The position numbers and the translations under genes were made by a program. The notes under the pieces were generated by a model, which was not told where the DNA came from, ran no database searches, and was given only the letters and a program-made list of their open reading frames with translations. DNA of 64,000 nucleotides from assembly GCA_025594325.1 (NCBI GenBank), contig JANHCV010000001.1, positions 4,712,001 to 4,776,000 of the forward strand, written 5' to 3'. Shown here piece after piece: positions 58,506 through 64,000 of this stretch. How positions within the stretch are numbered: the stretch's first letter is position 1; the number at the start of each line of letters is the position of its first letter. This stretch comes from Blastocladiella emersonii ATCC 22665. Taxonomy: Eukaryota; Fungi; Blastocladiomycota.

Positions 58506-60458
58506 CTAGCGTTCCGCAGCCGCCTCACCACCGCTGCCGCCGGGCGTCGTGGCGCGGCCCGCGGCCGCCGCCGCCGAGAGCTTGGCCGCGACGGCCGCCG
58601 ACGCGCTCGCGGCGCCGCCGGGCATGCTGGGCGACGGCTGGACGAGCGGGAGCGCGGCGGAGCTGGCCGACGACACGGGCGTAGCGCCGCCGCCGGGCGT
58701 CGGCGACCGGTTGTTGATGAGCGACTGGAAGAAGTTGGCGAGCACCGCGTTCTGGTCGCTCGGGTTGCCGCCGCCGGGCGCGCCGCCGGCACCGGCGACA
58801 CCCGCGGGGGAGCCGAGCTTGGGCACGCCGCCGCTGCTGCCCGTGGGCGCCGTCGACTGCTGCGCGATGCGCGCCACCTTGTCGTCGGACAGCGCCGAGG
58901 GCGCCGCGCGGAGCGCCGCGAGCTGGCGCTCGAGGAACGACTGTTCCTCGGTCGCGGTGATGGCGGGCTCGAGGACCGACGGCGAGAGCGCGGCGGCAGC
59001 CGCAGCGGTCGTCGTGGCTGCCGAGAGACCCGAGGGTGGTGGGACGAGTGCCGAGTAAAGGGCGGTGAGGTCGCCGGGGACGCCGGGGAACTCGTCGAAC
59101 AGGGCAAACTCGAACTCGGCGCCGCTGCTGCCCTCGCGCTGCAGTTTGATCTTGCCGCGCGTGTCCCAGCCGGCGGGTACGAACACGGTGTCGCGGTCGA
59201 TGACGTTGGCGCGGTGGGTGAAGAAGCGCGCCACGCCCGTCGTCTTGTGCTGCGGCGGGAACAGGCGGTACTGGATGTACGCCCGCAGCACGTCGAACGT
59301 CGGCGGCTTGCTGACGGATGTGTAGAAGACGGAGGCGCCGTCTACACGGTTCAGTGGGTAATGAGCGACAGATCCCACCACAAGTGAGCGGCGGACATAC
59401 AGTGCAGGGCAACGGTGCGCAGGACCTGCTGGATGAAATCAAACTTGTCGTCGTCCATGCCGAGCTCGCGCTCGAGCGTGTTAATGTGGTCGGCCTTGGT
59501 GCACACGATGGCGGTCGGGATGCCGAGGTTGCGGTCGAGCACGCCGTGGGCGAGCGGCAGCACGATCTGCTGGTTGGCGGCCACGGGGAGCACCGCGGGG
59601 TTCATGGTGGATGCGACCGACGCGGTCTCGGCCGTGTGGGCGAGCGGCTCGAGGTAGTCCTGGAAGTGCTTCTGGTTGGCGGCGCACAGCCGGTCGTACC
59701 ACGTCATGGAGTCGTGGACCGAAGACCCGGCGTCGTCCGCGTCGGCGCCGTCGTCGTCCACGTCCGACGGGTCTTCCGGGATGGTAGAGGTGGCAGTGGA
59801 CATGCGGGAGCCGGGCGGGTCGCGGCGCAGCGACTGGCCGTTGGCTCGCCGCTGCTGCACGCGCTGCTGCTGGCGCAGGGCGGCGCGCTGCTTGTCGAGG
59901 TTGTCCTCGTCCTCGACCACGTTCGACACGATGGTCTCGAGAGTCTCGAACCACTCGTGCAGCTGGTCGAGCCACAGCCATGGCTTGGTCCAGTCGAGCA
60001 CGACGACGGCCATCAGGTCCGACAGCTTCTGGCGGTCGAGCGCAAGGAGCTGGCGGTACGCCTTGTGCGGCGATGCGAGCTGGAACACGCCGAGGCGCGC
60101 GAGGATGTCTACGGGCACGCTCGCGGGTTAGGCGGGCGAGCACGCGATCGGGGCAGGGAGAGACAGACGGACCCTCGTTCTCCTCGTCCTTGAGGTCGGC
60201 GTACGAGTAGGACAGGGCGAGGTCGGTGGACGGGCCCGTGCGGTCCTGGGCGTCGCCGGCGTAGCCGAGGGCGCCAAAGCGCTGGATCAGCGTCGACTTG
60301 CCGCTCTGCGCGTCGCCGAGGACCAGCACCTTCTTGCACGGCAGGCTCTTTGACGCCGAGGTCGCGCGCAGGATGCCCGACCAGATGCCGTCCTCGCCGG
60401 CGGGCGGCGCGCGCGCGGCGGCGGCGGCCTGGGCGGCGGAGGCGCCCATGAACGACAT
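58506..60458 (-). CDS. DYNC1LI: Cytoplasmic dynein light intermediate chain, multi-exon
   Basis: VLVLGDAQSGKSTLI P-loop, LSYSY, NLGIPTAIVCTKAD, DFIQQVLRTVALH, RDTVFVPAGWDT and LANFFQSLI. Confidence 0.92.
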
Positions 60459-61238
60459 GATGGGCGGTCGGTTCTCAGGTAGTCGCAAGGGGGCGTCGGC
60501 GTTGAGTTGGCCGTCCGTCTACGGCGGCGGCGGCGGTCCAGCGCGGCGCGGATGAGATGCGTGTGCGCGCGCGGTTACACTGCCGCGAGTAGGGCGATCC
60601 GTGGGCTGCGTCGTTGGCGTCGCCGTGAAGCTTCAAGAGGGAGGAGGCGCTCGGGTCGGGGCGCGGTGGCAAAGTCGGGCGCGCCCAGCGAGCGTGACGC
60701 CAACGTGCCCAAGCTGACGCGCGCGCGACGCCACCCTCCTCGCCACCACGCCAAATTCGCACCGATTATGTGTCTAGACGCTGACCATCGAGAAAAGACC
60801 TCGAGGCGCGTCACGAGAGCGCTCCGGCGTGAGGGAAAGCCAGAGGGTGGGCTGAGCGAGAGCCGTGCGGCTCGGCAGGCCCGTCGCGTCGTCCAGCACG
60901 CCTGCCTCGCTTCCGCACATCCGCGGCCTTGAGAAGCCATACTCTGCTGCGATGCTAGAGGCCCGCGACCACGGCCATCGAGGGAGGGGATGGCGAGGGC
61001 ACCACGCGCGCGCGCGCTTCATGGGGCCGCTGGCCTGGCCGCTGGCCGACGCCACTTCACTTCGCGCTTCGCCATCCTCGCTCCCCTCTCCTCCCGCCCT
61101 CCATCGCAGACAGGAGCAACTGCCCTCCGAGTCGCAATGTACACCATGCAACTTGCCCGCCCCGTGATGGACTCGCTGATGAACGCGTGCTGACGTGCCG
61201 CCGCCCTCCTCGCGCAGAACGTGTCGTTGCCCGGCAGC

Positions 61239-63789
61239 ATGTCCAACGCAATCTACGTCAAGGCGCTCTTCGAGTACCAGCCCGCCCAGCCCGACGAGCT
61301 GTTCCTGGCCGCCGGCGCCGTCGTCAAGGGTACGCCCGCGCGTTCCCGGATCGTGTGCTCGTAGCGCTGACGCTGCGCCCTACGCTGCAGTTCTCGACGG
61401 ATCCGAGGCCGACTGGCTGTTTGGCGAGGACGTCGCGACCGGCAAGCAGGGGTACGTTGCTGTTTCTCGCTCGTTCTCGCGAGAAAGCGCGGTCTGACCG
61501 TCATGTCCGCCCGTGTCTAGCTGGTTCCCCGAGAACGTACGCTTGCCCGATTCGGGTCTCGCGCTCCGACATAAGCTGACGCGAACACATACAGTACATC
61601 ACGCCCATCGCCGAGCCCGACGCCGGCCCTGCCCCGTCCCTCCCTGCGCGCGCCCCGCCAAAGTCGCCGCCGCCCGTCCCCTCCGCCGCTCCGACTGCCG
61701 CCCCTCCCGCCGCTCCGCCTGCTGCCGCCCCACCCGCCGTCCCGCAGAGCCCTCCGCCCGCTGAGCCCACTGCCGCGTCGCCCGAACCCGAGGCGCCCGA
61801 GCAGCAGCAGCCGCAGGAGCCGCGCAAGGCGCGCGTCGAGTACGACTACTCGCCGCAGAACCAGGGCGAGCTCGCTCTGGCGGCGGGCGAGACCATCACC
61901 ATCCTCACCACCGACAGCGGCGTGCACGGGTGGTACCGCGGCGAGGCGAACGGCGCCACCGGGATCTTCCCCGCGAACCATGTCAAGCTTCTCGACGGTG
62001 CTGGCATCGAGGGTGCGCTCAATGGGTCGCTGCGTATCCGCGCAACTATCACTCACCACGCCCGCCGCGTCAAACAGAGAAGCAGCGCAAGCTTGCGGCG
62101 TACGGTGTGCGCATTGGCGGCGGCCTCGGCTCCATCTTCGGCGGCGTCCCGCTCAAGAAGCCCGCGCTCCCTGCCGCTCCCGCGCCCGTCCTGCCCACCC
62201 CGGCCCCGGCGCCCGCGCCCACCTCCTCCGACGATGCCGCCCCGCGCTTCCCGTCGCTCCCGCGCCGCCCGGCTCCCGGCTCGCCCGTCCCCGGCCCCGC
62301 CTCGGGCACCGCGTCCCCGGTCCTCGCCGCGTCGCCGCTCGTCCAGCCGTCCGCGGCTGCCGGCCACCAGCGCACCTCGTCGATCCCCAAGCTGCCCGCC
62401 GGCCTCAGCCGCGCCTCGACCCCGCAGCAGGGCGGCGCCGGCTCGCCCGTCATGCTCCCGCAGCGCGTGAACAGTATCGACTCGGTCCGCTCCTCGCACA
62501 GCGTCGCGTCCGCGGCGACTTCGCCCGCGCTCCACAAGTCGCCCGAGCTCGCTCCGCGGCCCATGTCGCCGCCGACCGCGCCCGCGCCCGTCGTTGCCGC
62601 GGCGCCCGTCACCGTGGATCCCGAGCCGGTTGCCGCTGAGGCTCCCGCTGCTGTCGAGGAGAAGCTCGCCGCCGAGGCTGACTCTGAGGAAAAACCCGAG
62701 GCTCCCGCCGCCGCTGACGAGGAGCCCGCGGCCGCGCCCCTCGCGATCCCCGCCCCGAGCAACCCGCCGCTCGCGTCGCTCACCAAGGCGCGCCCCGCCC
62801 AGGCCAAGCGCCCGCCCTCGAACCTGCGCGCGCTGTCGCAGACGACTGCCGCCGTGGCGGCCCCCGTCCTGCCGCCCAAGCCGAGCGAGGCCGCTGCTCC
62901 CGCGCCCGCGGAGCCCGCCCCGGTTCCTGCCCGCGCGGCGTCGCCCCATCGCGCCGCCTCGCCCCCGAGCGTGTCGACCGCCGCGCCCGCCATCGAGTCC
63001 CCCGAGCCGACCAAGCCCGAGAGCCCCGCCGTGACGGCCGCGACGCCTACGTCGCCGTCGACCCCGCCCGTCCTCGGCCGCCTCGGCCGCGTCTCGTCGG
63101 CCATCGCCAACCTGCAGGCCAACCTCGCCGGCATGGGCGGATCCGGTTCTGGCGCCGCGGGCGGCCGCACCAACCCGCCGCCGGTCCCGGGCGCGAAGCC
63201 GCTGTTCGGCGGGTTCGGCCTGCGCCGCGCCACCCCGACGCCCGCGGCGCCCGCTCCCGCGACGGAGTCTGAGCCCGCCTCGCCCAAGGTGTCGACCGAT
63301 AACCTCGACCCCCACCGTGGCCGCGCCGCGCCGCGCTCGCCGAGTCCCGTCGGGCTCCGCATCGACGCCGCCGCCGCGGGCCGCACCGGGTCGTCGTCGT
63401 CGCTCTCGGGCGCGGCGGCCGACGCGCCGATGTCGCCGGGTATCGTCCAGGGCGCCGTGGCGCGTGCGCGCGCCGGTTCGCCGTCCCCGCGGTCGCCGTC
63501 GCCGGGCACGAGTCCGACGCGCACTAAGTCCCCCGTCGTGCGGCCCGTCAGCACCGCGAGCCGCGTGTCGTCGGCGTCCGCGTCGACGACGACGCACCAC
63601 GAGTGGAGCAACGGGATCGCGCAGCACGACGACGATAACGCGCCGTCCATGGCTACCGTGATGGGGATGGTCAAGGCGCTCCAGATCGAGGTCAACGAGC
63701 TCCAGGCCGCGCTCGCCGCTGAGAAGCGCGCGCGTGAGGCGCTCGAGGTCAAGGTCGCGGCGATGGCCCAGCAGCAGCAGCAGCAGTGA
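61239..63789 (+). CDS. CIN85/CD2AP-like adaptor: two SH3 domains, Pro-rich linker, CPI-like motif, C-terminal coiled coil; multi-exon
   Basis: SH3-1 ALFEYQPAQPDEL..DW..WFPENYV. SH3-2 EYDYSPQNQGEL..GWYRG..GIFPANHV. LASLTKARPAQAKRPPS. C-terminal LAAEKRAREALE. Confidence 0.75.
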
Positions 63790-64000
63790 GCTGTGGTGAA
63801 CGGGAATGTTGTGGACGAGGATGACATTGTAACGTATAGCGCATTTGTTTTGAACTGAATGGTGGTGGCAGCGGGTGAGAGGTGAGTGGTGGTGGCGCAG
63901 CGCGAGGGACGACTGCGCCACCCCGACCTGTCAGCCAGTCGGTCGCGCGTTGCCCCCGACCTCCGTGTGCCGAACCCGGCCTCCCCTCACTGTAGTGGAA

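Noticed and set aside
2774-60458. Several microtubule/flagellar genes (RSPH14, F-box-MTBD, KIF3A, DLIC) as a functional cluster
   Set aside because: They are interspersed with many unrelated housekeeping genes over 58 kb. No shared regulatory motif was seen, so chance is adequate.
1-64000. Hundreds of long overlapping or antisense ORFs (e.g. 12403..14403 +, 14338..16953 -, 18796..21333 +, 33415..35226 -, 50854..53682 -)
   Set aside because: These are expected shadows of very GC-rich coding DNA. They are Arg/Gly/Ala-rich with no motifs and lie opposite well-supported genes.

Overview
This is GC-rich, intron-containing eukaryotic DNA. Typical donors are GTRCGY, branch points CTRAC and acceptors YAG. 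It is most likely from a zoosporic, early-diverging fungus (Blastocladiomycota or Chytridiomycota), inferred from flagellar genes (RSPH14, kinesin-2) sitting beside fungal-type genes. About 22 host genes are recognisable, including an MFS transporter, frataxin, importin-beta, Maf1, Pus10, an NPSN-type SNARE, DCAF12, a Ulp2-like SUMO protease, an ADAM protease, RPB3, dynein light intermediate chain and a CIN85/CD2AP-like adaptor. The main accessory region is about 35.3-42.3 kb. It holds a decayed Fanzor1 (eukaryotic TnpB-like RNA-guided nuclease) whose two halves lie on opposite strands. The half running from the WED end through RuvC and the zinc finger is on the minus strand; the REC half is on the plus strand. 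Directly next to it is a 4.1 kb Helitron2/Helentron-like element with a perfect 16-bp asymmetric inverted repeat, a 3' hairpin and a broken PIF1 helicase. Other notable items are an F-box protein fused to a stand-alone dynein microtubule-binding stalk, a four-domain UBX/ubiquitin-like protein and a basic disordered protein with about 20 S-P-x-K motifs. Family assignments come from motif recognition from memory, with no searches run. Exon boundaries were read by eye.
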